DNA of 64,000 nucleotides from an uncultured Gammaproteobacteria bacterium. GTDB lineage: Bacteria; Patescibacteriota; Microgenomatia; Levybacterales; UBA12049. The stretch is taken from assembly GCA_964610465.1 (NCBI GenBank), contig CAZSWA010000007.1:4062-68061 (forward strand), in the 5' to 3' direction. Each line of letters opens with the position of its first letter. The first letter of the stretch is position 1. The notes beneath the pieces were generated by a model. The model did not search any database and was not told where the DNA came from. It saw only the letters and a program-made list of their open reading frames with translations. Shown one piece after another: positions 53,380 to 64,000 of this stretch. Position numbers and translations under genes: made by a program.

Positions 53380-56343
53380 TTATAATAATTTTTTTAGAAA
53401 CATTCCTGTGTAGGAGTGAGGATTGTCAGCTATTTCCTGCGGAGTTCCTGTTGCAACTATCTCTCCACCTTTTTCTCCGCCTTCCGGACCCAAATCTATA
53501 ATATAATCTGCATTTTTAATTACATCCAGATTATGCTCTATTACAATTATAGAGTTCCCTTGATCAACCAGCTTGCGAAGTACTATCAGTAACTTTTCCA
53601 AATCTGCAAAATGAAGTCCTGTTGTCGGCTCATCCAGAAGATATAGAGCATCTCTACCTTTTTTGGAAAGCTCTGTTGCCAGTTTGACTCTTTGCGCTTC
53701 TCCTCCTGAAAGTGTTGGTGCAGGCTGACCCAACTTAATGTAGGACAAACCAACATCATACAAAGTCTGAAGTCTATGTGCAAGTCCTGGTACAAACGAG
53801 AAAAAGTTAAGTGCCTCAGCAACACTCATATCAAGCACATCTGCAATAGTCTTGCCATTAAACAGGACTTCCAGCGCTTCACTATTGTACTGTTTTCCCT
53901 GGCAGATTTCACATGTTATATAGATATCCGGCAAAAATTGCATTTCAATTTTTATCTGTCCTTCTCCCTGGCATGCTTCACATCTGCCGCCTTTGACATT
54001 GAATGAAAATCTTCCAGGTCCATACCCCCGGAGTTTGGCTTCTCTGGTACTTGCAAAAAGTTCACGAATATAGGCAAAAGAACCTGTATAGGTTGCAGGA
54101 TTACTTCGTGGAGTTCTGCCAATTGGAGATTGATCTATTGCAAACACATGACGGATATACTCATGTCCTGCAAGTCTTATAAATTTTCCAGGTTTTGTTG
54201 GATGATAGGGATTCTGCATTTGCATAAGCGCGTGGTATAAAATATCATTTACCAGAGTAGATTTCCCGCTGCCTGATACTCCCGTAACAACAACAAGTTT
54301 ATTGAGAGGAAAGTCAATCGTAATGTTTTTTAGATTGTGTTCCGAAGCACCAATAAGCCGTAAAGAAACGTCATTGCGAGTCAAGCGTGGCGAATAGGCA
54401 GCAATCTCCCGGGGATTGCCCCGTCGTTTCTGCAAAGCAGCACTCTTTGCAATGACGGATGAACCATCTGTTTTTCCAGTCTGTATCCTTCTTCTTCCGG
54501 ATAAATATTCACCAGTCAGTGAGTTTTTGTTGTGTTTTATTTCATCTATTGTACCCTTGGCAATGACATTACCGCCGGATTCTCCAGCTCCCGGACCAAA
54601 ATCAAATATATAATCTGAGGCTTCCATCGTATCCTGATCATGTTCAACAACAAGTACAGTGTTACCCAAATCCCTAAGCTTTTTAAGAGTTTCAATAAGA
54701 CGCGTATTGTCCCGTTGATGAAGACCGATTGATGGTTCATCAAGTACATACAAAACTCCGGTTAGTCCGCTTCCAATTTGAGATGCCAGACGAATGCGTT
54801 GTGCTTCTCCTCCTGCAAGCGTTGATGCGCTTCTTGAGAGGGTAATATATTCAAGCCCGACATCTTTAAGAAACGTAAGCCGCTGGGTAATTTCTCTCAA
54901 AATCATTTTTCCAATCTCTGTTTCTCTTTGTGACAGCATAGCAGGCAATTCTGCAAAGAACACAAGCGTTTTATCAATTGGCATATCAGCGACTTCTACA
55001 ATTGATTTGCCATTGAGTGTTACTGAAAGTGCTTCTTTTTTCAAACGTGCTCCTTTACAATCAGGACAGACTTCATTGCGCATAAATTTCTCCACCTGTC
55101 CTCGCATGAACTGTGAGTCTGATTCGTTGTAACGCTTTTTAAGTTCCCCTCCAACACCCGGAAATGGTTCACGTATTGCTGTTTCTTTTCCCCATCTGTT
55201 CTCTCCTTCCACATAATATTCTCTATCTCCTGTTCCTTTGATAAGCAAATCTTTTTTCTCCTCACTCATTTGTCCCAAACGCTGATTAAGCGGGATGCCA
55301 TTTTCTTCACAAAAGGTTTTAAATGTCCGTGAAAGCCATGTGTCATTGGTACTAAGGTTAAAAAACGGCAGGATACCGCCTTCATTGATTGAGAGATTGT
55401 TATTAAATACTAAATCTTTATCAATATTGAGTACTGTTCCCAATCCATCACAGGTTGGACATGCACCGTGAGGAGTATTGAAGGAAAAAATACGTGGTTC
55501 AACTTCATGAATTGAGACATTGTCAAAAGGACAGGCAAATTTTTCTGAAAACAGCTGGTCTTCTATTTTTTTGGGTCTTTCAGGGAGTTCAAATGACGCA
55601 TCCTGTATGATGCCAACTGTCATCTCTCCATTGCCAAATTTAAGCGCCTGTTCAACATCGGTTGCAATGCGTGTTCTATCTGTCTCAGCTGATAAAACCA
55701 GTGTATCAATCACCACATCAATCGTATGTTTGTTGGTTTTTATCAGCACTACATCCTCATCAAGAGAATAAATTTCTTTATCAATTCGAACTTTTGTGTA
55801 TCCTCTTTTCTTAAGACTTACAAAAAGCTCTGTATACTCGCCTCTTCTGTCTTTCACAAGCGGTGCAAGCATCATAATCCGTAAGGTTTTTTTACCTGCT
55901 TCTTTATGGGTATTTAATAAATTAAAAATAGATGTAACGATTTGTTCTTTAGATTGTCTTGCTATTTCCCGTCCGCAAATGGGACAATGTGGATGGCCAA
56001 CTCTAGCAAAAAGAAGTCTCAGATAATCATAAATTTCTGTGACTGTACCAACAGTAGAGCGCGGATTGTGACTTGTGGATTTCTGGTCGATGGAAATTGC
56101 GGGTGACAAGCCTTCAATCAAATCAACATCCGGTTTTTTCATGGTTCCCAGAAATTGTCGTGCATAGGATGAAAGGCTTTCAACATAACGTCTTTGTCCT
56201 TCTGCATAAATCGTGTCAAAGGCTAAAGAAGATTTGCCGCTACCGGAAAGCCCTGTCAGAACAACAAGTTTGTTTTTTGGAATTTCCAGGTCTATGTTTT
56301 TAAGATTGTGTTCCCGGGCACCTTTGATGGTTAATTTATCCAT
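53380..56343 (-). CDS. uvrA: excinuclease ABC subunit A
   Basis: Two ABC ATPase modules ([23 protein letters not shown] ... [16 protein letters not shown]), zinc-finger Cys pairs and LSGGEAQR signature motifs; 987 aa. Confidence 0.9.
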   Translation of the reverse strand: MDKLTIKGAREHNLKNIDLEIPKNKLVVLTGLSGSGKSSLAFDTIYAEGQRRYVESLSSYARQFLGTMKKPDVDLIEGLSPAISIDQKSTSHNPRSTVGTVTEIYDYLRLLFARVGHPHCPICGREIARQSKEQIVTSIFNLLNTHKEAGKKTLRIMMLAPLVKDRRGEYTELFVSLKKRGYTKVRIDKEIYSLDEDVVLIKTNKHTIDVVIDTLVLSAETDRTRIATDVEQALKFGNGEMTVGIIQDASFELPERPKKIEDQLFSEKFACPFDNVSIHEVEPRIFSFNTPHGACPTCDGLGTVLNIDKDLVFNNNLSINEGGILPFFNLSTNDTWLSRTFKTFCEENGIPLNQRLGQMSEEKKDLLIKGTGDREYYVEGENRWGKETAIREPFPGVGGELKKRYNESDSQFMRGQVEKFMRNEVCPDCKGARLKKEALSVTLNGKSIVEVADMPIDKTLVFFAELPAMLSQRETEIGKMILREITQRLTFLKDVGLEYITLSRSASTLAGGEAQRIRLASQIGSGLTGVLYVLDEPSIGLHQRDNTRLIETLKKLRDLGNTVLVVEHDQDTMEASDYIFDFGPGAGESGGNVIAKGTIDEIKHNKNSLTGEYLSGRRRIQTGKTDGSSVIAKSAALQKRRGNPREIAAYSPRLTRNDVSLRLIGASEHNLKNITIDFPLNKLVVVTGVSGSGKSTLVNDILYHALMQMQNPYHPTKPGKFIRLAGHEYIRHVFAIDQSPIGRTPRSNPATYTGSFAYIRELFASTREAKLRGYGPGRFSFNVKGGRCEACQGEGQIKIEMQFLPDIYITCEICQGKQYNSEALEVLFNGKTIADVLDMSVAEALNFFSFVPGLAHRLQTLYDVGLSYIKLGQPAPTLSGGEAQRVKLATELSKKGRDALYLLDEPTTGLHFADLEKLLIVLRKLVDQGNSIIVIEHNLDVIKNADYIIDLGPEGGEKGGEIVATGTPQEIADNPHSYTGMFLKKLL

Positions 56344-56491
56344 AATTTTGGAGAAAGATGATCAAACATTATAAAGCATATTCAGAAGCAATACAACCGG
56401 TACTACAGCGCAGCATGTAGCAAATGGCAAATAGAATAATTGCCTGCTTTACTTCTCGAAAAAAAGCGTTGTATAATACAAAGGGAATAGA

Positions 56492-57556
56492 ATGTCTAAA
56501 GTTTTTTATAAAGCGCTTGGACAAACAGAAATCTGGCCCAATCTCACTGGTATTTATCCAAGTTCTTTAACCTACGATGATGTCCTCCTTGTTCCTCAAA
56601 ATTCAACTATCTCATCCCGTCAGACAGTTAATACAACAATTGAGTTCGGTCCATACACACTTACCAGGCCCGTTATTACCGCTCCAATGGATACTATCAG
56701 TGGTGAAACAATGATACGGGCACTTGCCAGCTTTGGCGCAATCGGTACATTACCCAGAGGAAATTTAGAAGTGAGAAACAAATTATGTAAAGAGTTTACA
56801 AAAGAGACCATTCCCTGTGTCTATGCTATTGGCCTTAAAAATGGTATGGAAGAGGCCAAGACCTTAGTTAAGAGCGGTGCCAAAATACTTTTGCTTGATG
56901 TGGCACATGGTGGACTCGTATCTGTAATAGAGCTGGCAAAAGAAATAAAATCCAGATTTAAAAAAATCTTTCTTATTGCCGGTAATATTGTGACATATGA
57001 TGAGGCAAAAGCGTACGCAGAGTCAAATTCCATTGATATACTCCGTGTTGGAGTTGGTCCGGGAGGTCTTTGTAAAACCCGCATTGTCGCAGGAAGCGGT
57101 TTCCCGCAGCTGTCAGCTGTTTTTGAAACAGAAAGTGTCGGTTTGCCTGTCATTGCAGATGGCGGAGTAAAGCATCCGGCAGATGTAGCCAAAGCAATTG
57201 CAGCTGGAGCAACAATTGTCATGATGGGAAGTCAATTTGCAGGAACTGATGAAACACCAGGCGACTACACACTGAAGGGGATGAAAGTTGCCCGTGGCCA
57301 GGCATCAAGTGAATATATGAAAGACTCAGGTATTGAAACAAGTGAATTTCGAAGTGCAGAAGGAATAAGTGTAGAAGTCGCACCACGCGGACCTGTCAAA
57401 AACGTAGTTGATGAACTCATGGGAGGTCTAAGAAGTGCGATGAGCTATGCGGGAGCGCAAAATATAAAAGAATTTCAAAAGAAAGCGCAATTTGTATATG
57501 TTTCATCTGCTGCCAAAGACGAAGGCCACCCGTGGATAAAAAAGATTTTTGTATAA
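56492..57556 (+). CDS. guaC: GMP reductase / IMP dehydrogenase family enzyme without CBS domains (GuaC-like)
   Basis: Catalytic-Cys loop VGVGPGGLCKTRIVAGSGFPQLSAV (compare GuaC VGIGPGSVCTTR..GVGYPQLSAV) and a C-terminal YRAAEG-like SAEGISVEV..RGPV block. At 354 aa the length fits GuaC better than GuaB. Confidence 0.7.
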   Translation: MSKVFYKALGQTEIWPNLTGIYPSSLTYDDVLLVPQNSTISSRQTVNTTIEFGPYTLTRPVITAPMDTISGETMIRALASFGAIGTLPRGNLEVRNKLCKEFTKETIPCVYAIGLKNGMEEAKTLVKSGAKILLLDVAHGGLVSVIELAKEIKSRFKKIFLIAGNIVTYDEAKAYAESNSIDILRVGVGPGGLCKTRIVAGSGFPQLSAVFETESVGLPVIADGGVKHPADVAKAIAAGATIVMMGSQFAGTDETPGDYTLKGMKVARGQASSEYMKDSGIETSEFRSAEGISVEVAPRGPVKNVVDELMGGLRSAMSYAGAQNIKEFQKKAQFVYVSSAAKDEGHPWIKKIFV

Positions 57557-57566
57557 CTCACATTTT

Positions 57567-57594
57567 GTCATTCAATTGACACTAAAATGTCAAA
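57567..57594 (+). promoter_or_regulatory. overlapping palindromes tGTCAttcaatTGACActaaaaTGTCAA (candidate operator)
   Basis: Two interlocked inverted repeats built on the TGTCA/TGACA half-site, 45 bp upstream of a TTGACA-N17-TAAGAT promoter. Confidence 0.35.
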
Positions 57595-57641
57595 TATTTC
57601 ATTGAAAAATTCTTTACAATAGTAATTGTAAATCCTATAGC

Positions 57642-57670
57642 TTGACAATAGATGGCATAAACGGTAAGAT
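57642..57670 (+). promoter_or_regulatory. sigma70-type promoter TTGACA-N17-TAAGAT for the aminotransferase gene
   Basis: Perfect -35 hexamer, 17-nt spacer and a -10-like hexamer about 30 nt upstream of the ATG at 57700. Confidence 0.4.
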
Positions 57671-57699
57671 TACAAGTTGAGATAGAAAATAATCATTAT

Positions 57700-59079
57700 A
57701 TGAGTCAAACCGAACAACCTACTTCACTTACACAAAAATCAATTATAGTAAAGAAACATACTCCTGAAGAAGTATTAGGACTTGAATATACACTTCCGTC
57801 ATTAAGCCAAGAAGCAATGAATTTACAGCCAAATTCATTAAGAAACATGTTAGCTCCCAACGGAGAACAAACATGTGCACTTTCTAGTGGATATCCATGG
57901 ACACGGGTATCTCATTATGGAGATATTGTCGGCTATCAATATCTTTTAAATCTTGAAAAAGGTGCAAGTGAAAAATTTGCAACTTATGGTCCTACACCAC
58001 CCGAACCACAATTTCGTGACACGCTTCAACAGGTTTTGAAAAAAGATGGGATAAATGTATCAAAAGAACAGATTTTTATATCAGGTGCTGGATCTCAAAA
58101 TCTTATCGATCTTTCTATGCGATGTCTAGTACAACCTCATGAAACCACAGTACTTTTGCAAGATCCTTACTATGCCGGTGCGCAATCTGCTATCTATTCA
58201 AGAGAACCAAGAAGTGTAGAAGCAATTCCAACAAAAGAAAGCGGCAGAATAGATTTAGACGCATTAAAAGATTTGGTTATTCGAAGTAAAAAAATGAATC
58301 CAAGTGTTGTTGCGTACTTTAGTACAGACAATGCAAATCCTACTGGTAGTAGCTGGACTCCTGAAGAAGTAGATGGAGTTGCTGAGCTGGCAGAAAAATA
58401 TGGAATTTGGCTTATTAATGACTTGGCTTATAAAAGATTACATTATCAATCACCAGAAGGAGAAAAAACACCATCTCTTCAAGAAAAGGCACCAAATCAT
58501 ACAATTACAATTCGTTCTTTTTCTAAAGAAGCTACTTCTCCTTCGTCACGTATCGGATATATTGCTGTTCCGCCTTTAAATAATCTTCCTGAAAAATTCT
58601 TATTGGCATTACAAACAAATATTCTCTATGTGCCTCAAGATAGACAATTGGCTCATGACTGGTACATAAAAAACAAATTTGATTCCCATATTAATGACGT
58701 GTTAATACCTCTTTATGATACTCGTACTCAGGAGTTAGACAGAGCTGTCCAACAATACTTTCCAGAAGGCACAAAACTTTTAGGAAATCCAGACCATCGA
58801 GGAGGTATTTTTAGAATGACTGAACTATCAGAAGGATATGACGTTACAAAACTTATTGAACCTATGTTTGAAGATACTGGAGTTCTTATATTACCTGGTT
58901 ATGATTTTACTGTAGGCGATGAAAAAAGAAAAAGAGAAGTTGGAGGAAGACGCATACGTCTTGGAGTCGGTATGACAAGAGCAAGCTCTGAGATTCCACA
59001 GAAAGAAAGAGAACATACAATTTATATTGCTGAAGGTATTCGAAGAGCTGGAAGTTTCCTCAAAACTAATCGACCTTGA
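57700..59079 (+). CDS. PLP-dependent aminotransferase, class I/II fold
   Basis: The order of NPTG, SFSK (PLP-Lys) and R.GY motifs is typical of class I/II aminotransferases; 459 aa. Confidence 0.7.
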   Translation: MSQTEQPTSLTQKSIIVKKHTPEEVLGLEYTLPSLSQEAMNLQPNSLRNMLAPNGEQTCALSSGYPWTRVSHYGDIVGYQYLLNLEKGASEKFATYGPTPPEPQFRDTLQQVLKKDGINVSKEQIFISGAGSQNLIDLSMRCLVQPHETTVLLQDPYYAGAQSAIYSREPRSVEAIPTKESGRIDLDALKDLVIRSKKMNPSVVAYFSTDNANPTGSSWTPEEVDGVAELAEKYGIWLINDLAYKRLHYQSPEGEKTPSLQEKAPNHTITIRSFSKEATSPSSRIGYIAVPPLNNLPEKFLLALQTNILYVPQDRQLAHDWYIKNKFDSHINDVLIPLYDTRTQELDRAVQQYFPEGTKLLGNPDHRGGIFRMTELSEGYDVTKLIEPMFEDTGVLILPGYDFTVGDEKRKREVGGRRIRLGVGMTRASSEIPQKEREHTIYIAEGIRRAGSFLKTNRP

Positions 59080-59086
59080 TATTTTT

Positions 59087-60631
59087 TTATCTGAAACTTA
59101 ATCCAGGATCGATACCGGGATCAAAAGGAATTTTTGTTTGTTCATCTGTCAGAAGAAAACGCTGGATTTTATAGCCGTTTGGAAAATGGACTTCACTCTG
59201 TGGTTTGTCATTAATTTTGACTAAATTAATTCTCCACCAATCATCTTTCATAAAAGGATTGTCAGGCGGAGGAGGAGCAACGACAAGATAGGTAACTGGT
59301 TTTTTTTTAAAATAATGAGCGTCTATAGATTTATATTGTTTCCCCGCGTAGGACATCGCATACTTTTCTCCATACGCTATCACATCTGGTGAGTAGACAA
59401 AATAACCAAAACTTTTATCATTTGACGTATAGACTTTTTGTGCTACTTTGTATAAAAATTGCCATGAATCTATATCTTTGCCAATAATTGCTTTTGAAAG
59501 TTGTGTTTCATTTATAGCGCTCATGGTATTAAGGATATAGAGGAGAAAAAAGAAAACAAGAAATACTTTTTTAAATCTGGATGTGACAAAAGAACAAAAA
59601 ATAAGAAAAACAAACGGGAAAAAGGGATAAAAGTAAAAATAAAGAATTGGTCCGCGATTGATAAGACTTAGTACAAAAAATCCAACATAAAAATAAAGAA
59701 AACTTAGATAGATAAGTCGATACTTCTTGTCTTTTAGTTGAAGACCGATGAAGAAAAGAACTATTACAAAAAGAAAGGCATTTCTATATCCTGGGTCAAC
59801 TCGCAAAAGTTCAACACCTGTCATCATGAGTTTAAATCTGTCATAGGCAAGTGCAAGATAACTAATACTGTGATTGCCGCTTTGGGGTGATAAATAGCGA
59901 AGAACCGAATGAAAGAGAATAAACTGATGCCGCAAATCAAAAATAATATAATTGGCAAGAGTTATAATTACAAAAAGATACATGAATGGATGGAAAAGTA
60001 ATGTAAGTCTTTTTTTACTGTCATTTTTGGCCACAACAGAACGAATAGATGCAATCGTAACAAAAAGAAATGACAACACAATAAGCGGTATACCAATTGC
60101 CATTTCAAATTGGATAATAAACCCTGCAGTTATGATATGTGCTATTAAAAATCTGAGTTTTTGTGTTTGTATATATCTCACAAAAAAGAAGAAAAATAAC
60201 GGTAAAAGAAACAACGCGCCATGCGGGTTGATAAGTCCTTTAGCGTGAAAAGACATATACAAAGAATTCATAAGTACATAGAGAATTGCAGTTTGTGTAT
60301 CAAATAATTTTTTCGCGACAATAAAACTCAAAGCAAGAAAACACCCGATAAGAAAAACCCAATTCCATCCAACTGCCACAGGATTGCCTTTGCCCAGTAC
60401 AAAGGCTGGATAATTAAGATAAAGCCACACTGGACCATGAAAAAGTCCTGAGACACTGGACTTTGGACCAATAAGCACAATCTTTTTCTGACTTATCTCC
60501 TGATAGAGCAAAAAATCTCGGGCAATATCTGATCCAAAATTGATATCCTTATGCAATACATACCACGAGGCAAAGAACAAATTCAAACCAATAAGAAGAA
60601 AAAAAGTGAGGTATAAAATAGCCTTCATCAT
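59087..60631 (-). CDS. polytopic membrane protein (about 12 TM) with C-terminal soluble domain; possible GT-C-fold glycosyltransferase
   Basis: Hydrophobic profile and size (514 aa); no definitive motif. Confidence 0.45.
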   Translation of the reverse strand: MMKAILYLTFFLLIGLNLFFASWYVLHKDINFGSDIARDFLLYQEISQKKIVLIGPKSSVSGLFHGPVWLYLNYPAFVLGKGNPVAVGWNWVFLIGCFLALSFIVAKKLFDTQTAILYVLMNSLYMSFHAKGLINPHGALFLLPLFFFFFVRYIQTQKLRFLIAHIITAGFIIQFEMAIGIPLIVLSFLFVTIASIRSVVAKNDSKKRLTLLFHPFMYLFVIITLANYIIFDLRHQFILFHSVLRYLSPQSGNHSISYLALAYDRFKLMMTGVELLRVDPGYRNAFLFVIVLFFIGLQLKDKKYRLIYLSFLYFYVGFFVLSLINRGPILYFYFYPFFPFVFLIFCSFVTSRFKKVFLVFFFLLYILNTMSAINETQLSKAIIGKDIDSWQFLYKVAQKVYTSNDKSFGYFVYSPDVIAYGEKYAMSYAGKQYKSIDAHYFKKKPVTYLVVAPPPPDNPFMKDDWWRINLVKINDKPQSEVHFPNGYKIQRFLLTDEQTKIPFDPGIDPGLSFR

Positions 60632-60666
60632 ATTTGCATATAGTATAGCATCTAATAATAAAAGAT

Positions 60667-61128
60667 GTGACTCGACAACACCACAGTATAGTTTATAATA
60701 TGGGTATGTTGCATGAAGCCGTTATATTCGTATTTTATGATACAAAAACGAAAAAAGTATTATCAGAAAGACGACTGCCAGATGCCAAACGGTACCCAAA
60801 CCAGATAATTTTCCCATCAGGTACTGTGGAAGACAAGGAAAAAGATGATGTTTCCAAGGCACTCCTGCGGGAGATACGTGAAGAATTAGGAGTAACACCA
60901 ACCATATATGCAGAACTAAAAGAGACGGAACCTTTTTTTGATACTCAAACTGGTGACATCCTGCTTCATCCTTTTGTTATTATCAAGTGGAAAGGACAAT
61001 TACCCAAAACCGTTCTTGATAAAGGTAATCCTCTTATCTGGCAGACATTGGAAGAAGCAGCACACTCTCCTATCAAATCACGAAGCATAATAGTTGAACG
61101 AGTGAAAAAATATCTGGCAGGGAAATAA
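60667..61128 (+). CDS. NUDIX hydrolase
   Basis: Nudix box GTVEDKEKDDVSKALLREIREELGV. Confidence 0.75.
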   Translation: MTRQHHSIVYNMGMLHEAVIFVFYDTKTKKVLSERRLPDAKRYPNQIIFPSGTVEDKEKDDVSKALLREIREELGVTPTIYAELKETEPFFDTQTGDILLHPFVIIKWKGQLPKTVLDKGNPLIWQTLEEAAHSPIKSRSIIVERVKKYLAGK

Positions 61129-61137
61129 AAATACAAA

Positions 61138-61812
61138 TTAAAGAGTCAGTCCTGAAAGCTCTCTCAGAAAAAGGTTATAATCAAGCTCATTTACCATCCC
61201 ATCATCATTTAAATCCGCTGCTGTTTTATCTGTACAGGATGCAGTATCTGTTATATTGTCAAAACAACTCATAAGTATCTGATAGTCCATAATATCTAGT
61301 TTGTTATCATTATTGATATCACCATTTACCAGATATACTGGTGGGATTGTATTGTCCTCTTCAGAATTCCGTGTATAAGAAATAGTTTTCTCCAAAAATC
61401 CTTTTTCTTTAATAGTGAGAGTATAGTTTCCTGTTTTTACATCGTGAGCATCAATGCTTCCTGTAAAGTTTCCATTTGTTATATCATAGGTCATAATAGT
61501 GTTTTTGGTAACAATAGGTGTTGTTTCATCAAGAAAAAAAGAGAATGTGATTTGTCGACTGGTATGCACGGGAATTGGAGGTTGACTAGCACTTGGACTG
61601 GCATTTTTGTTATCTCCTCCATTTCCAATCCCGTGAAGATAGACAGTAAAAGATATTTTCTTGTCAAAATCTTTATGCACTGCTTTATCTGCATAGACAC
61701 TCTTTCCGAAGAAAAAAATTGATGCGAGAAATAGTGCAAAAATACTTAAAATGGAAAAAACTTTTGTCATACGAACGTTTTGTATCCTACTCCAATCATG
61801 AGGTATCGTCAA
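61138..61812 (-). CDS. secreted beta-sandwich + type I dockerin protein (paralogue of 26190-26822)
   Basis: Signal/TM, a TGNYTLTIKEKGF beta-domain and two dockerin segments (NGDINNDNKLDIMDYQILMSCF; DLNDDGMVNELDYNLFLRELSG). Confidence 0.6.
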   Translation of the reverse strand: MTIPHDWSRIQNVRMTKVFSILSIFALFLASIFFFGKSVYADKAVHKDFDKKISFTVYLHGIGNGGDNKNASPSASQPPIPVHTSRQITFSFFLDETTPIVTKNTIMTYDITNGNFTGSIDAHDVKTGNYTLTIKEKGFLEKTISYTRNSEEDNTIPPVYLVNGDINNDNKLDIMDYQILMSCFDNITDTASCTDKTAADLNDDGMVNELDYNLFLRELSGLTL

Positions 61813-61821
61813 GTAGATATA

Positions 61822-63684
61822 TTACACAAGTAGAATTTGCTCAGAGTTCTTAAGAAATTTTTCTGATATTGGTAATTTATGTCCTTTGATAAGTGATCTC
61901 ATTTTCTTTTTTACCTCAGCTATTGTTTTTTCTTTTTCAGAAGGATTCATTTCTCTTTTAGTTAGTTCCATAAGAGTTTTTATGTAATACTTTGTGTAGT
62001 AAGATGTAGTTGCATCAAATTTTCCAAAGTCCTGCTCAAGTACATCGGTATTGTTGAATTTACCTGTCAGATTTACCTGTTCTAATCCTATTTGTTCAGA
62101 TAAAGTCAGGTGTTTTATTGTTTCTGTTTGTTTTCGTATCGCTTCTTTTTGTTTCGTAATATTCTCCATCCATGTACTAAAACATGTATCAATAGCATCC
62201 ATAATATGAATTATATCAATCCTTGCAGGAAGAACATATATGGTATCCTTGCTATGATCTGATCTACTAGAGATTCTTACCTGTATTCCACCACCCTTTT
62301 CTTTTTTGTAACGCACAGTGTACTTCCCGCTTGTATGAACGATATCAACTTGCTCATCTGTTCTGGCAAATGGAACCTGCCGGTACTTTACAGGTATCTG
62401 TGCATGATTTTGAGAATTTTTTTCAGGAACGTAAAGAAGTGCTGGATTGGCTGTAATAAGTATACCTTCTTTGTCTATATCTTTTTGCATATTTGTATCA
62501 GATGTACTTTGATATGCTACTTGCATATCAATCTTTTTGCCTTTTGCCACATCATTCCAATTAAGTTTAAGTCCATGGGCTGAGATAGAAATACTATCCG
62601 GATTCCGCAAATTTTCCGGTAACACTGATTTCATAACTCCATCTATTTCAACAAGTGTCTCACCGTCAGATTCCCTGGTAATTTGTATTTTGCCAATTTC
62701 CTTTCCTTTCAATTGTTGTCCAAAAAAATCATATGTTAGCTGTTGTTTTGCCAATGGATGAAGTTTATATATACCCATCTCAACGATTTTACTTTTGCCA
62801 ACGGTAGTACGGCCGAATTTGTATAATAAACCGCTCTCTGCGATAAAGGAAATTGCCTTTGCAGGCTGGTTTTCCTGTACAGGTAAATTCTTCTTTTCAA
62901 TTTCTGTCTCAAGCCCTTTCAAATTTCTCCCAAACGGTTGTTTAGAAATAATAGTAATAGCCTGCAAAATGTCACTTTGGAAAAAGTTAGCAGTCCGTGT
63001 TAGTATTTCATCCGTTTTTCTTTTGACATATCCTGCAAGTTTGCGTTCTTCTCTCTTTTCTGTATTTTCAGGATAAGAAATTATATTCAGGATTTCTAAA
63101 TGAGAAACAAGCAATTTATATGCCTCATTAGTAAGATTTATCCCCTCTTCCCTGGTAATAAGTGGAACAAACTCAGCATTTCCGTTAAGCAGTACTATAT
63201 CTTTTAATTTTCCAGTCAGTTCTTCATAGTCCAATTCATACCCAAGTAATCCTGTAAGTGAATCAGCAAATTGTGTATGATCAATAGGCTGTTTTCTCCG
63301 GCTTTCCTGTCTTTTATGTGCAAGTTCAAGGATTGCAATTTTTGTATCAGTATCAAGTTCTGTTTTTGCATGATATGCCCTGTATGCACCCTGACTTATA
63401 TCTTTTTGAATACGAGTAAAAAATCCAATTCGTTGCCATCGTTCCTGAAAGCAATTTTGTATTGTGTGTTGAATATGTCTATCTTTCACTGAATCAGCAA
63501 GATGGCGAAGATAAGTATACGCATTTCTTCTCTCACCATGAGAAGTAGACCCATATTCTACTTGCCGTGTAATAAGAGTAACATAGCGCTCAAGTTCTTC
63601 CGGACTGTCTTTATGAACCTCAGCTTCTTTTATTGAACCGCTGACCCGCTCTATCCAAGGCATAGATAGCTTGATTATACTCAT
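61822..63684 (-). CDS. hypothetical protein, 620 aa, soluble
   Basis: Long ATG ORF; no family recognised. Confidence 0.5.
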   Translation of the reverse strand: MSIIKLSMPWIERVSGSIKEAEVHKDSPEELERYVTLITRQVEYGSTSHGERRNAYTYLRHLADSVKDRHIQHTIQNCFQERWQRIGFFTRIQKDISQGAYRAYHAKTELDTDTKIAILELAHKRQESRRKQPIDHTQFADSLTGLLGYELDYEELTGKLKDIVLLNGNAEFVPLITREEGINLTNEAYKLLVSHLEILNIISYPENTEKREERKLAGYVKRKTDEILTRTANFFQSDILQAITIISKQPFGRNLKGLETEIEKKNLPVQENQPAKAISFIAESGLLYKFGRTTVGKSKIVEMGIYKLHPLAKQQLTYDFFGQQLKGKEIGKIQITRESDGETLVEIDGVMKSVLPENLRNPDSISISAHGLKLNWNDVAKGKKIDMQVAYQSTSDTNMQKDIDKEGILITANPALLYVPEKNSQNHAQIPVKYRQVPFARTDEQVDIVHTSGKYTVRYKKEKGGGIQVRISSRSDHSKDTIYVLPARIDIIHIMDAIDTCFSTWMENITKQKEAIRKQTETIKHLTLSEQIGLEQVNLTGKFNNTDVLEQDFGKFDATTSYYTKYYIKTLMELTKREMNPSEKEKTIAEVKKKMRSLIKGHKLPISEKFLKNSEQILLV

Positions 63685-63782
63685 GTCTCAACCAAAAATC
63701 AAAGCTATAGGTTTAAAGAGCATCTTAACAAATTAATGCCTGTTTTTTACCAAAATCTCATCAAGTCATGATATTATAAATT

Positions 63783-64000
63783 ATGGCAAAGGTAAAAGAG
63801 CGTTCTCATCATTCTCTCCATGCTCATGCAATTGGCATGATTATGCTCCTCACCATTCAATATCTTCTTGGAATTTTAACCAATTTATTTGTACATTTTC
63901 CGGAGTATGAACATGGTGGACAGCTTTGGGTATTTGCCTGGAAACAAATTCCTCTTGCGCTTCATATCATTGTCGGGATACTTCTCTTATTCGGGACAAT
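63783..64000 (+). CDS. hypothetical membrane protein (3' partial; runs off the window end)
   Basis: ATG at 63783; His-rich N-terminus followed by TM helices; open to the window end. Confidence 0.3.
   Translation, partial: MAKVKERSHHSLHAHAIGMIMLLTIQYLLGILTNLFVHFPEYEHGGQLWVFAWKQIPLALHIIVGILLLFGT

Noticed and set aside
1-64000. CRISPR arrays, rRNA genes, integrases/transposases
   Set aside because: No regularly spaced direct repeats, no rRNA-like conserved blocks and no recognisable recombinase or transposase motifs were seen anywhere in the window.

Overview
This 64 kb window reads as a compact, low-GC (about 30-35% by eye) chromosomal segment of a reduced-genome bacterium, probably Patescibacteria/CPR-like. 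Genes are densely packed, mostly on the minus strand, often overlapping by a few nt, and many encode membrane or secreted proteins. All homology calls below come from reading the translated ORFs for family-specific motifs; no database search was run.

Recognisable housekeeping genes:
- purD, murI, nadE, nadD, rnhB, secG
- uvrA and uvrC (the latter lacking its C-terminal HhH domain)
- a GuaC/IMPDH-family enzyme, an NRAMP transporter, an amylomaltase (GH77) and an archaeal-type PEP carboxylase
- tRNA-Arg(TCG) and tRNA-Lys(CTT)

Accessory or envelope content:
- a MarR - two HlyD-family fusion proteins - EmrB-like MFS efflux operon
- a two-component system upstream of a tightly coupled SGNH-hydrolase / SxtJ-like / carbamoyltransferase / DUF5989 cassette
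- several large GT-C-like membrane proteins, one of them a flippase-like + DUF2079 fusion
- a polysaccharide deacetylase, a phosphodiester glycosidase and a transglutaminase-like protein
- two paralogous dockerin-bearing secreted proteins and an LRR surface protein

Most unusual observations:
1. Three short islets of clearly elevated GC (about 40.8-41.2 kb, 48.2-49.0 kb, 52.4-53.1 kb). Each carries one or two small minus-strand ORFs. Two islets are two-gene cassettes of about 80 aa + about 113 aa whose second genes appear homologous. These are candidate foreign, addiction-like modules.
2. A small repeat family with GTCATTCC / GGAATGAC termini (three copies), two of them next to the GC islets.
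3. An ATP-cone + Mrr-like nuclease fusion.
4. A GrpE-domain protein with a long novel N-terminus, paired with a P-loop kinase.
5. A stand-alone FtsH-type M41 peptidase domain next to a highly charged, disordered K/E/T-rich protein.
6. Both tRNA loci share the same extended -10 promoter box and a second conserved leader box.

No CRISPR array, rRNA gene, integrase or transposase was recognised.
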